Below are positions 53,369 to 62,271 of a stretch of 64,000 bases of DNA, one piece after another; the stretch's first letter is position 1, and each line of letters starts with the position of its first letter. Source of the DNA: a virus; IMG/VR virus record IMGVR_UViG_3300024999_000004, positions 1 through 64,000 of that record. One strand, given 5' to 3'. The notes below the pieces were generated by a model. The model had not been told where the DNA came from. It ran no database searches and worked only from the letters and a program-made list of their open reading frames with translations. Position numbers and translations under genes: made by a program.

Positions 53369-53406
53369 AGTCGCAGACTATAGACGGGATTTTTAAGGAG
53401 CCTATC

Positions 53407-53838
53407 ATGGGAACAAACTACTACTGGTACCCCGAGCCCCCGTGCCCTTGCTGCGGGAGGAGACCTGAGCCCGTGCATATCGGGAAATCGAGCGGAGGCT
53501 GGTGCTTTGCTTTGCACGTGTATCCCTTCTCGGAGGACAGCGAACCGGGAACTTTCTCTGTTGATTCTCTCGAAGCATGGAAGAACAGGTTCGAAACGGA
53601 AGGCTCTTTCATCGAAGATGAATACGGAGATCTTGTATCTGTGGAGACCCTGCTGCAGGCTATAACAGAAAGGAGCGCAAGGACTCCCGATTCTGCGTAT
53701 CCGTATTCTTGGTACGAGCAAAACCACGCCGTTCCCGGACCCAACGGCCTTGCGCGTCGTCAGATAGACGGGGACTTCTGCATCGGCCATGCGCCGGATG
53801 ACGGGACCTGGGATATTTGCATCGGGGAGTTCTCGTGA
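53407..53838 (+). CDS. Conserved phage protein (MGTNYY...HIGKSSGGW.F...I.DEYG...GEFS)
   Basis: Recurrent phage pattern; RBS AAGGAG. Confidence 0.75.
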   Translation: MGTNYYWYPEPPCPCCGRRPEPVHIGKSSGGWCFALHVYPFSEDSEPGTFSVDSLEAWKNRFETEGSFIEDEYGDLVSVETLLQAITERSARTPDSAYPYSWYEQNHAVPGPNGLARRQIDGDFCIGHAPDDGTWDICIGEFS

Positions 53839-54047
53839 TTCTGAGGTTTCCTTTGGATAGCTTTTACTCGGCGCTCAATCCGGGGGATGTGGTTGATTAC
53901 TACGGAGTTTTTCATAAGGTAGTCAGCAATTGCTTGGAAGAAGATGAGGAAGGCATGCTTGTTTGTGCGTTTCAGATGGAGGAAACGTTTCCTGTCCCGA
54001 CTCCTCTTTTGAGGGTAAGCAAGAGAGAAATCACTTTTGATATCTGA
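53835..54047 (+). CDS. Hypothetical protein
   Basis: GTGA coupling. Confidence 0.45.
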   Translation: MILRFPLDSFYSALNPGDVVDYYGVFHKVVSNCLEEDEEGMLVCAFQMEETFPVPTPLLRVSKREITFDI

Positions 54048-54259
54048 AGAAGGAGCAAACCATGATCTATAGCGTCGTGATCGGAAGGGCCACACGAAAA
54101 GGGTCCGAACCCCTTGTTACCAAGTCATGACGGCGCACTACGAGCAGGAACTTGTGAAGGAAGTGAAGAAGATGGCGGACGAGCTGAAGTCACGGATTCC
54201 CGCAACTATTGCCGAAGAGATATCCAAGACGGTGGTGAAGTATCTCAAGTAGGAGGAGC

Positions 54260-54823
54260 ATGAAATCAAAACGTATGGCTTTATTTCTGGCAGTGGTATT
54301 AATGGCCTCCCGGGCATTCGCCTCCCCTCCCGAGCTTCCGCAGCACCCTCAACCTTTGTCAGAGCCCTATTACTCTTTCGTGATCGATCTCTGCACCAAA
54401 AATCATCTGGCTTCCACCTACACCCTGAACCTGATATGGGCCGAGAGCCTTAACAACCCGAAAGCCGAGAACTGGAACTACCGGTGGATCAATACTTCCA
54501 ACACAGGAAAAGACGGGAAAACAAAATGGATATGGCGCTATCTCCCCGTATCTTGGGATCGTGGATTCTTCCAGCTCAATCAGGACTCCCTCCCCGATTT
54601 CTCTGTCCGATACAATGGAGGGAAGCCCATAGATCCTTTTGACTGGAAGACCAACCTGAGAGTGGGGATAGCCCATCTCGCATATTGCAGGAAAATGACG
54701 GGATCGATGTTCGGAGCCGTGGCATCCATGAACATGGGGGAGAGGGGGTATGCCGAGTGGCTGGAAGGGAAGAGGGAGATGAGGTACTCGACCAAGAGGT
54801 TGTTGGAACTGGTGTTTCAGTAA
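54260..54823 (+). CDS. Lytic transglycosylase (SLT) with signal peptide
   Basis: IWAES (catalytic Glu), DRGFFQLN, DPFD...NLRVG..HL, AVASMNMG. Confidence 0.8.
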   Translation: MKSKRMALFLAVVLMASRAFASPPELPQHPQPLSEPYYSFVIDLCTKNHLASTYTLNLIWAESLNNPKAENWNYRWINTSNTGKDGKTKWIWRYLPVSWDRGFFQLNQDSLPDFSVRYNGGKPIDPFDWKTNLRVGIAHLAYCRKMTGSMFGAVASMNMGERGYAEWLEGKREMRYSTKRLLELVFQ

Positions 54824-54850
54824 TGCCACTATTTTGAGAGGGAGGACTAG

Positions 54851-55060
54851 GTGGAAAAGATAAGAACTGAAGTAAGACATTCACAGACAAAAGATGCTTG
54901 GAATGTTATAGGAACCCAAGTCGGTGGAAAATACAAAATTGCCAGAGTTCCCTATCAGGTTGTCCCGGGCAGTGAGATATGCACGACTCGCAACAAGCAC
55001 GAGGCGATGGAGCACGCACTTTTTATAAGCAAATGTTTCAATGAATATACCGACACCTAA
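54851..55060 (+). CDS. Hypothetical protein
   Basis: RBS GGAGG. Confidence 0.55.
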   Translation: MEKIRTEVRHSQTKDAWNVIGTQVGGKYKIARVPYQVVPGSEICTTRNKHEAMEHALFISKCFNEYTDT

Positions 55061-55088
55061 CAACTACCACAACATGATGGAGCCCTGA

Positions 55089-55403
55089 ATGGACGAACAC
55101 GGATACCCCGAGGCCCAAGACATTGCGCATCTGAAAGAAGAGCTTTCGCACATGGATTTCCACCGGGGAGCAAACGCCATAGCGCAGCTTATCGAAGCAA
55201 CAGGCTACGGCACCGCGTCCCTGCTGGGGGCCAGTGGAACAAACCCCGGAAGACTCGAAGTTTCTACCGGAGGCTGGTCGGGATGCGAAGAGATTCTTTC
55301 CGCAACACACAATACCTTGTGGAGGATGGCGTTTTGGGAATCCGTGCATCGTGGAGGCCTTGAGGTTTTCGTAGACGCTCACGGCATAGGGGGCAGCCAA
55401 TGA
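55089..55403 (+). CDS. Hypothetical protein (STGGWSG.E..RGG)
   Basis: Recurrent phage pattern. Confidence 0.65.
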   Translation: MDEHGYPEAQDIAHLKEELSHMDFHRGANAIAQLIEATGYGTASLLGASGTNPGRLEVSTGGWSGCEEILSATHNTLWRMAFWESVHRGGLEVFVDAHGIGGSQ

Positions 55404-55645
55404 AATCCTTCCTTAAACTCCTCGCAGAAAAAGGCGTAACGGAAATCCGGAACACCCTGACTTCCTTGTATGCCAGGTACAATGATGTTTATGTGGATAT
55501 AACAAAAACACCTTCACAGTCAGCTGCTTCTTCATGGCACATGGAGGTTGTGGACTTTGCAGGACCGAATTTGATGCGCAGGCGCAAATGGGACGGCTCC
55601 GTGAAAGAGCTTCTCGTTGTTCTGCAGCGTATTGATTTTGATTAA
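55400..55645 (+). CDS. Hypothetical protein
   Basis: ATGA coupling. Confidence 0.5.
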   Translation: MKSFLKLLAEKGVTEIRNTLTSLYARYNDVYVDITKTPSQSAASSWHMEVVDFAGPNLMRRRKWDGSVKELLVVLQRIDFD

Positions 55646-55663
55646 GGTATTCAGGAGGCCCTG

Positions 55664-55921
55664 ATGGACGATATGCGAATGGACTGCATGGTGCGGATAT
55701 GCAAAGCCTACTACGACATGCCCGAGCACGGAACCGGAGGAAGTCTTCATATTGTACTGGACGACGACAACGTAGACCATGGCAGTGTTCTCTCTTGCAT
55801 CAAGTTTGCGGAAGAAGAGGGGGATATTATCGGGCAGGGAATAGGGCTCATGCTCTCCCGGATGACGCGGATAGAACGCTCACGGTTGGTGTCCCGCTAC
55901 AAAGAATATGCACTCTCGTAA
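55664..55921 (+). CDS. Hypothetical protein (GGSLHIVLDDDN)
   Basis: RBS AGGAGG. Confidence 0.65.
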   Translation: MDDMRMDCMVRICKAYYDMPEHGTGGSLHIVLDDDNVDHGSVLSCIKFAEEEGDIIGQGIGLMLSRMTRIERSRLVSRYKEYALS

Positions 55922-55928
55922 GTTTTGA

Positions 55929-55957
55929 TTGACACCAGAGAGTATACGTGATATAAT
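55929..55957 (+). promoter_or_regulatory. Perfect-consensus sigma70 promoter
   Basis: TTGACA-17-TATAAT, extended -10 TG. Confidence 0.88.
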
Positions 55958-55982
55958 TGCGCGTTAACAGGAGAACAACAGA

Positions 55983-56198
55983 ATGCTTTGTTTCCAAGAC
56001 CGCACCTTCTGCCCTTTTTATGAGACCTGCACCAAGGGCGTTACTTGCAGGGCCGCTCTGACTGAAGAGATTGTGGCGGCTGCGGAGGAGTGGTTCGCCT
56101 CCTGGGTCAAAGACAGAAGGCCGGGGGAGCAGGCTCCGGTGATGGTTCATTCTTCGGAGCCTTCTTGTTTTGTGCCTGCTGCGGGGGAGGACCAATGA
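55983..56198 (+). CDS. Small Cys-rich protein (MLCFQDRTFC)
   Basis: RBS AGGAG. Confidence 0.65.
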   Translation: MLCFQDRTFCPFYETCTKGVTCRAALTEEIVAAAEEWFASWVKDRRPGEQAPVMVHSSEPSCFVPAAGEDQ

Positions 56199-57157
56199 AA
56201 CTTGAAGATATTGGATTCTACTCCCTGTCTGATGCCCGCGCCGCTTCCGTGACGTGGGAGAGTGATCTTCAAAGGTGTGAGTTGATCCTGACCGATAGAT
56301 GCAATTTTCGCTGTACTTATTGCAGGGGCATCGGGGAGGATCTTCGCGGCGACCTCCCCCTTGAACAAGCGAAAGAGGTGATCGATATTTGGGCATCAGG
56401 GAACCTCCGCAACGTAAGGTTTTCGGGAGGAGAACCTGCTGTGTGGAAAGACCTTCTTGCCCTCGTGAAGTACACCCGAAGCTTCCCTTGTTTCGAGCAT
56501 ATTGCCTTATCCACCAACGGCAGCTTCCCTATCGCATACTACCATGAACTTCTTCTTGCGGGGATCAATGACTTTTCCATCTCCTTGGACGCTTGCTGTT
56601 CCAAGACTTCCGATGCCATGGCAGGAGTAAACTCTCACTTTGATCACATCTCCGAAGTAATCCGTTATTTGTCAAAGCTGACCTACGTCACTGTAGGGGT
56701 CGTGCTTGACCGGCAGAACAAGGAAGAATTGAAGGATATCGTAGAGTACGCTTCCAGTCTGGGCGTCTCGGATATCCGCATAATCCCTTCAGCTCAATCA
56801 AACCATTTTCTCGACATTGATATTGAGACAGACCTTCCTATATTGAGGTATCGAATAACTCACCTGAAGCAAGGACGGCATGTTCGCGGACTTTCCGAAT
56901 CAGATTGTCACAAGTGCCATCTGGTGAAAGATGACATGGTGGTCCTTCACGGAAAGCATTTTCCTTGTGTTGTCTACATGAGGGAGCAGGGGCCTGCCAT
57001 AGGGGATGTGTACGGAAAGACTCTTGCTCAAATAAGGCAGGAGAGGAAAGAGTGGTTCGAGCGGACGGATACACATAAGGAAACGATATGCAAGAGGAAT
57101 TGTCTTGATGTGTGCATTGACCATAATAAGTGTGCGGAGAAGGAGGAGATGCAATGA
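56195..57157 (+). CDS. Radical SAM protein
   Basis: CNFRCTYC, FSGGEP, STNGS, SISLD; C-terminal Cys cluster (HFPC..Y.RE, C..NCLDVC). Confidence 0.9.
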   Translation: MKLEDIGFYSLSDARAASVTWESDLQRCELILTDRCNFRCTYCRGIGEDLRGDLPLEQAKEVIDIWASGNLRNVRFSGGEPAVWKDLLALVKYTRSFPCFEHIALSTNGSFPIAYYHELLLAGINDFSISLDACCSKTSDAMAGVNSHFDHISEVIRYLSKLTYVTVGVVLDRQNKEELKDIVEYASSLGVSDIRIIPSAQSNHFLDIDIETDLPILRYRITHLKQGRHVRGLSESDCHKCHLVKDDMVVLHGKHFPCVVYMREQGPAIGDVYGKTLAQIRQERKEWFERTDTHKETICKRNCLDVCIDHNKCAEKEEMQ

Positions 57158-57348
57158 AAGCCTTTTTCAATTCCATGGGTGCTCTCGTCCTTGCTCCGGA
57201 AGACAATACGGAAAAGTATGCTTTAGGTAAATGGGTCAATGAAAACAGCTCGGGGAATTCCTGCGGCCACGGTGTATTTCTTTTCACCGGCAGAATTCTT
57301 TCAGCGGAAGAGCTGAAGGTGGAAAAGGGGGAGACTTCATGTTCATAA
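57154..57348 (+). CDS. Hypothetical protein (paralog of 59011)
   Basis: KAFFN...PEDNTE.Y.L..W. Confidence 0.55.
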   Translation: MKAFFNSMGALVLAPEDNTEKYALGKWVNENSSGNSCGHGVFLFTGRILSAEELKVEKGETSCS

Positions 57349-58493
57349 TGCAAGGAAAGCACAATATCGCCCGCGTGATGCTGAAGGACGAATCTTTTCT
57401 TGACGGGCCCTCCCGAGCCCAGATTCAGGGATTCCTGAATTCCCCTGCCTTTGCAGGAAAGCCCATAACAATCATGCCCGACGTGCACTACGGGAAAGGC
57501 TCCTGCGTGGGCTTCACGATGCCTCTGTCTTCGCATATCCTGCCAGCTCAAATTGGGGTAGATATTTCCTGTGGCGTACTCGCAGCAAATTTCGGCCAAA
57601 TCAGCGTCTCCGTGGAAGCTTTCGATTCTTTTGTCAGGGAAAACATTCCCTCCGGGCACAAGATAAATACCGACCCCGTGTACATGCACAAGGTATTTGA
57701 CAGCTTTCCCGGAGCGCTCGTGGATCTGATTGATTTGGCTGGAGCAAACCACGACAAGGCAGCGGGCGCTGTAGCCTCCTTCGGCTCAGGCAACCATTTT
57801 TTGGAATTGGACCGCGACGAAGACGGGAACCTTTGGTGCGTCCTGCACTCAGGAAGCCGGAATCTCGGGCTCCGCGTAGCCGAGCACTTCATGACCAAGG
57901 CACAGGAAAATCTTGCAAGGTATTTTATTGAAGTTCCCAAGGACGAGGCATGGATTCCCCTCGAAGACCCTTTGGCTGTAGCTTATCTTGAGGCGGTCAA
58001 GCTGATGCAGGGGTATGCGGAGCGCAACAGGAATGAGATGATGTGGAGGGTAGCTTCTTTCGTTCGCAGAGGTCCTCTTGAAACAGTACAATCTATCCAT
58101 AACTATATTGATTTCTCCGGAGTAGGGGGCTCCGCAATCATCCGAAAAGGAGCGATCTCCGCAAAGAAGGGCGAACGCTGCATCATCCCTTTCAACATGG
58201 CCGAGGGCTCTGCAATCTGTATCGGAAAAGGAAACCCCGAGTGGAACTTCTCCGCTCCTCACGGAGCCGGGAGACTTCTGAGCAGGACCAAGGCGAAGGC
58301 AAGCCTCAATGTAGAGTCTTTTGTCTCCCAGATGGCGGAAGCCGGGGTCTACAGTACTTCGGTAGGAGCAAGCACCTTGGACGAAGCCCCGGGGGCCTAC
58401 AAGGACAAGCAGATGATCCTCGACGCCATCGCGCCCACGGTATCCGTGGTTTCGTGGCTCAAGCCGTTCTATAATTTCAAGGCTTCTTCTTAG
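57339..58493 (+). CDS. rtcB: RtcB-family RNA ligase
   Basis: MPDVH.GKG, GVDISCG, GSGNHFLE, HSGSRNLG, HNY, RKGA, SAPHGAGR, DEAPGAYK. Confidence 0.93.
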   Translation: MFIMQGKHNIARVMLKDESFLDGPSRAQIQGFLNSPAFAGKPITIMPDVHYGKGSCVGFTMPLSSHILPAQIGVDISCGVLAANFGQISVSVEAFDSFVRENIPSGHKINTDPVYMHKVFDSFPGALVDLIDLAGANHDKAAGAVASFGSGNHFLELDRDEDGNLWCVLHSGSRNLGLRVAEHFMTKAQENLARYFIEVPKDEAWIPLEDPLAVAYLEAVKLMQGYAERNRNEMMWRVASFVRRGPLETVQSIHNYIDFSGVGGSAIIRKGAISAKKGERCIIPFNMAEGSAICIGKGNPEWNFSAPHGAGRLLSRTKAKASLNVESFVSQMAEAGVYSTSVGASTLDEAPGAYKDKQMILDAIAPTVSVVSWLKPFYNFKASS

Positions 58494-58512
58494 AGAGGAG
58501 AAAAGGAGTATC

Positions 58513-58770
58513 ATGCACACCGTATACGGAATGCTCGCTTCAGGATCTTGGGCTTTTGCCGTGGGTGATGATGGAGCAATTTTTCATCGTCTGTTTGCAG
58601 GAGAAGCACCACCTTATGGCCTTGATTTCCCTGAGTCCGTTGAAAGGTTTGATTCCCGGTACGGAAAGGGCTGCTGGAAGCTGGTCTTCGTGGAAGACGA
58701 GGACGCTTCGTATGACAAAGTTCTGCAAGACCTTGTGGAAGGGTCTTTTATATGGGAAGAGGGAAAATGA
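58513..58770 (+). CDS. Hypothetical protein
   Basis: RBS AAGGAG. Confidence 0.55.
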   Translation: MHTVYGMLASGSWAFAVGDDGAIFHRLFAGEAPPYGLDFPESVERFDSRYGKGCWKLVFVEDEDASYDKVLQDLVEGSFIWEEGK

Positions 58771-59009
58771 CCCTCACAGATGCTTCCTTATGGGACTTCT
58801 CAGAACCCCTGACCCCGGATTCTTCGGTCCAATGCCCCGAGTGCCATGAGTGGTCCCCGATCGCAGATTGGAGGGAAGGATCGGTTTACTGTGAAATTTG
58901 CAGCGAGCATACAGCAATTGTTTGCCCGAAGTGCTTGGAGCAGTTTGATTGGCTGGATGAGGATATTGTTTTTGAGGTGCGTAGCAGGTCAACAGAGAAG
59001 GAGGTGTAA
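58767..59009 (+). CDS. Zn-ribbon protein
   Basis: Three CxxC pairs; ATGA coupling. Confidence 0.6.
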   Translation: MTLTDASLWDFSEPLTPDSSVQCPECHEWSPIADWREGSVYCEICSEHTAIVCPKCLEQFDWLDEDIVFEVRSRSTEKEV

Positions 59010-59010
59010 C

Positions 59011-59196
59011 TTGAAAGCATTTTTCAATAGAGACAAGGTGTTGGTGATAGTTCCTGAAGACAACACGGAAAGGTATGTCTTGCATCAATGGAGCAATCCT
59101 CGTACTTATCATGGTGGACCTTCTCACGGGCCTCTTTTTGTTACGGATGTCATTCTTTCAGAAGATGAAATTTTGGCTGAGATGAAGGAGACATAG
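59011..59196 (+). CDS. Hypothetical protein (paralog of 57154)
   Basis: TTG start with RBS AAGGAGG; KAFFN...PEDNTE. Confidence 0.55.
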   Translation: MKAFFNRDKVLVIVPEDNTERYVLHQWSNPRTYHGGPSHGPLFVTDVILSEDEILAEMKET

Positions 59197-59200
59197 AGTT

Positions 59201-59590
59201 ATGATAATCACAAGACTCCGTTGCTGGACCACGAATCCCGGAGAGAGCGAAAGAATAGAAGAGGAGTCCCTCTCCGCCCTCGGGCGCAGGATCGGACTCC
59301 CCTCCCTCTCCAAAGCCCGCAAGGGCCGCTCCGTATTTGACCATCAGGGATTCAGGATTCACGTGATCTCCTCCCCCACCGGAGGAAGAGGAGCCGAAGC
59401 CGACCTCGGACCCACGGAAGCACAGATGCGGAAGCTGGCGCAAGAGGCGGAGCTGAAGAGGAAGGTTGCGAGGAATCTGGCGGCTTCGTGCAGGAAGTAT
59501 AATAAAGAGGGAGAGAGCAACGCACGAAAAGATGGCCCACTTTTGAGGGGGCTCGTGACTCATGGGCTCGGGCAGCTTTGGCGATATTGA
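59201..59590 (+). CDS. Hypothetical protein
   Basis: RBS AAGGAG. Confidence 0.5.
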   Translation: MIITRLRCWTTNPGESERIEEESLSALGRRIGLPSLSKARKGRSVFDHQGFRIHVISSPTGGRGAEADLGPTEAQMRKLAQEAELKRKVARNLAASCRKYNKEGESNARKDGPLLRGLVTHGLGQLWRY

Positions 59591-60013
59591 ATGAGAGCCA
59601 TACTACGAGCATTCCTGATTTTGTCTCTTTCGTTTGCTGTTATTTACGGGGAGTACCAGATATTTGTCAAAGGACCCGAATATGCAAAACCGCATAGCGG
59701 CACCGTGCTATCTTCCTATGAATCAAAAGGCAGGGGCTCTTGCTGGTTTTCTGTGGTTGACTTTGATAACGGCGACGTGCAGGAGGTCAACACAGGCCAC
59801 ACAGAGTATAGAGCAGGAAGCCGCTTTACCGGAAAACTCTCGTGGAATCCTTTGCTCGGAGTTTCCGGAACCGCGTATAGCTGGAATCCGGGAGACTGGC
59901 TCATATTTGTGTCCATGCCCGCTATAGTATTCAATGTAATGCTGTTCGTTGGCGGGATAACAGCAATCTTTGTTTTTGCTTTCGGAAAACAAGGAAAGAA
60001 GGAGGAAGCATGA
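59591..60013 (+). CDS. Two-TM membrane protein
   Basis: N- and C-terminal hydrophobic helices. Confidence 0.55.
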   Translation: MRAILRAFLILSLSFAVIYGEYQIFVKGPEYAKPHSGTVLSSYESKGRGSCWFSVVDFDNGDVQEVNTGHTEYRAGSRFTGKLSWNPLLGVSGTAYSWNPGDWLIFVSMPAIVFNVMLFVGGITAIFVFAFGKQGKKEEA

Positions 60014-60337
60014 ATTATTCCTTGTCTCTGCTGGCTTACTTCTGTATTTTGGCTCAGGTTCTTACGCTCTTCCTAGGCAAGTTGGAAGTCACAAACGCAA
60101 CTTTGTTTACGACCGTCGTTCTAGGCATCGTGGCAATTATGTGCAAACTTGGGCACATGATGGAAAAGAAGGAGTCGAAATGAAAATGGTATTGTTCTTC
60201 GTCTCTTACGGAGGTCTTATCCTCTTCCTTATTGTGGCGGCGGTAGAAAAAACAGAGGTGACAAACCTGCATCTCCTTGCTGCTATGGTCGCTGGAGTCA
60301 CCACAATTCTCTACAAACCCGAGTAAGGAGGCACGAA

Positions 60338-60613
60338 TTGAGTGGATGCTACGGCGATAGCGAAGAAGACAGAGGCAGAGCTGCTCAGCTCGATCGTCAT
60401 TTACTGGAAGAGTTCCGAGAAGTTCCTTGTGCCGGATGCCACTACTTGTTCGAGGCATCCGAGCTTGACGAGGACGACTTCTGCAAAGACTGCGCGGAGC
60501 AGGATGACGAGCTGGATGATATTGAAGAAGATCAGGATTCCTCGGATGAGTTTGGCTTTGATCCTGATTTGAAGCAGAAAGATTTTGCGCCCAGTACGGA
60601 GGAACTGAAATGA
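60338..60613 (+). CDS. Acidic Zn-finger protein
   Basis: CAGC...CKDC; Asp/Glu-rich; RBS AAGGAGG. Confidence 0.6.
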   Translation: MSGCYGDSEEDRGRAAQLDRHLLEEFREVPCAGCHYLFEASELDEDDFCKDCAEQDDELDDIEEDQDSSDEFGFDPDLKQKDFAPSTEELK

Positions 60614-60960
60614 CACCAAAAGAAATCGCGCACGGAATAATTGACTCAGGGGGCTGTTGCCCGACTCCCAAAGGCGACACAGTTTCCTGTAGGACATGCC
60701 CAGCTACCAACGCTACGAGCTGGGGAGGTTGCGGAAGCGATGACCGTGATGAAGACCGTCAACGTCGTGTCGAGGTATGCCGGAGTTTTCTGAAGGTCTT
60801 GGGAGTGGACAAACCCAAGAAGAATCCCCGCCCCACAGTCAGGCAGTTGTACAAGATGGCAGTAATCTCCTCCGGAAGATTTGAGGGTGGGGATTCCGAT
60901 GAGGTTGCGATCTGGGTCGGAAGGGTGGCGGACTCGCTGTTGCAAGAGGACAAGGAATGA
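60610..60960 (+). CDS. Cys-rich hypothetical protein
   Basis: ATGA coupling; GGCC...CRTCP...C. Confidence 0.6.
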   Translation: MTPKEIAHGIIDSGGCCPTPKGDTVSCRTCPATNATSWGGCGSDDRDEDRQRRVEVCRSFLKVLGVDKPKKNPRPTVRQLYKMAVISSGRFEGGDSDEVAIWVGRVADSLLQEDKE

Positions 60961-61538
60961 ACCTCGCCCCCTCCTACCTTCACTGCAACGAACCCAAGCC
61001 CGGCGTCCTCCTTGTGTGCGACATACGGAACGAACTCACGTTCGAGGAATCTTTGGAAGCTGTCGCGCAGTTCAAGCGGGAGATTCTTGAAGAGCAGCAA
61101 ATAGGAGCGAGCATGTACACCGAAGACGAACTTCTCGACAAAGCAAGCGACCTGTTCAGAAGGCTCGGAGGGATCGGAAACTCCGACGCCCGTATTGTCC
61201 GGGGCCTCATCGAGAGAACGGAGCGCAAACCCTGTATTGGTGGTTATCTATCCCCCTCCGGAACTCCTCCGATGTGGATCAACTTCGAAAACGAGGACTT
61301 CACGTGGGACGAGTTGGCGGAGGTCCTTGCGAAGAGGTTCGGGAAATCCGACATCGAAGAACTTATTCGCTTATTGGGGGAGAGGCTGAATCCTGATACT
61401 GAAGTTTCCTGCCGAACATGCGAGCATGACGGGCAACAACATTTGTACCGCGTCGCTTGTACAGGCTGCGGTACGGAAGAGGAATCCCGGAACTATTCCC
61501 GAAAGGTACTATTTCTTGACCCTCTACATAAGACCTGA
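60957..61538 (+). CDS. Hypothetical protein
   Basis: ATGA coupling. Confidence 0.55.
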   Translation: MNLAPSYLHCNEPKPGVLLVCDIRNELTFEESLEAVAQFKREILEEQQIGASMYTEDELLDKASDLFRRLGGIGNSDARIVRGLIERTERKPCIGGYLSPSGTPPMWINFENEDFTWDELAEVLAKRFGKSDIEELIRLLGERLNPDTEVSCRTCEHDGQQHLYRVACTGCGTEEESRNYSRKVLFLDPLHKT

Positions 61539-61715
61539 CCCCCGGACCTTCGATTCCCCGTCCATGGGCTCTGTGGAGTGGAAGATCCTCACGCCGTCGA
61601 GAAGGATTGCTTCGGGGCTCCGCGCGGATCTTGCGAAGGCTTTGAATGATTCGCACGATGTGTATGTGCGGAGGGAAGAGGTGGAAGAAGCAGAGGATAT
61701 TTTGGAGGAAGACGA

Positions 61716-61985
61716 ATGAGCACCTACTATGCCCAAAAAGAAATCACAGGTCGCGTGAAATCCGTGGCCTTTGATTCCGGACGCATTGATCTTGCGGACA
61801 AGGAAAAGACGGTTCTTTTCTGCCCTTCGAGTTTGTTGTTGTCCTTATGCAAGGAGATCATGGACCGACCCATTCTTACCTTTGTCATTGACGGGAAAAT
61901 TGTGGTATCTTTCAGGCAGCATAGCTATGAGGAGATAAACCGATGGAAAAGCCTGAACCACTCACCCTTACGCGAACAGGGTTGA
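61716..61985 (+). CDS. Hypothetical protein
   Basis: RBS GGAGG. Confidence 0.5.
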   Translation: MSTYYAQKEITGRVKSVAFDSGRIDLADKEKTVLFCPSSLLLSLCKEIMDRPILTFVIDGKIVVSFRQHSYEEINRWKSLNHSPLREQG

Positions 61986-62266
61986 TCGAGACCAGTTGGG
62001 AGGTTGACTCGGAGTTTTCGTATTACTCGGTCAATGAGATGGACGCCTACCTCGCCGACCTTGAGGCAAAGGTTATTCGCGCTGAAGCTGCGGCAAAGCG
62101 CGAGGCAGGTGACTGCGAGAAGGTACAAGAGGAAAACAAACGAATGCGGAACGCGCTGGCGTACGTAATTTGCTGCGACGTAGACCCGCGCACAAGCACT
62201 CTTACTGCAACTTCCCGCTTGAGGTTGGCGGCAGAAAGAGCCCGCGCCGTATTGAAAGGAGCCTGA
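61943..62266 (+). CDS. Hypothetical protein
   Basis: RBS GAGGAG. Confidence 0.55.
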   Translation: MEKPEPLTLTRTGLIETSWEVDSEFSYYSVNEMDAYLADLEAKVIRAEAAAKREAGDCEKVQEENKRMRNALAYVICCDVDPRTSTLTATSRLRLAAERARAVLKGA

Positions 62267-62271
62267 ATAAC

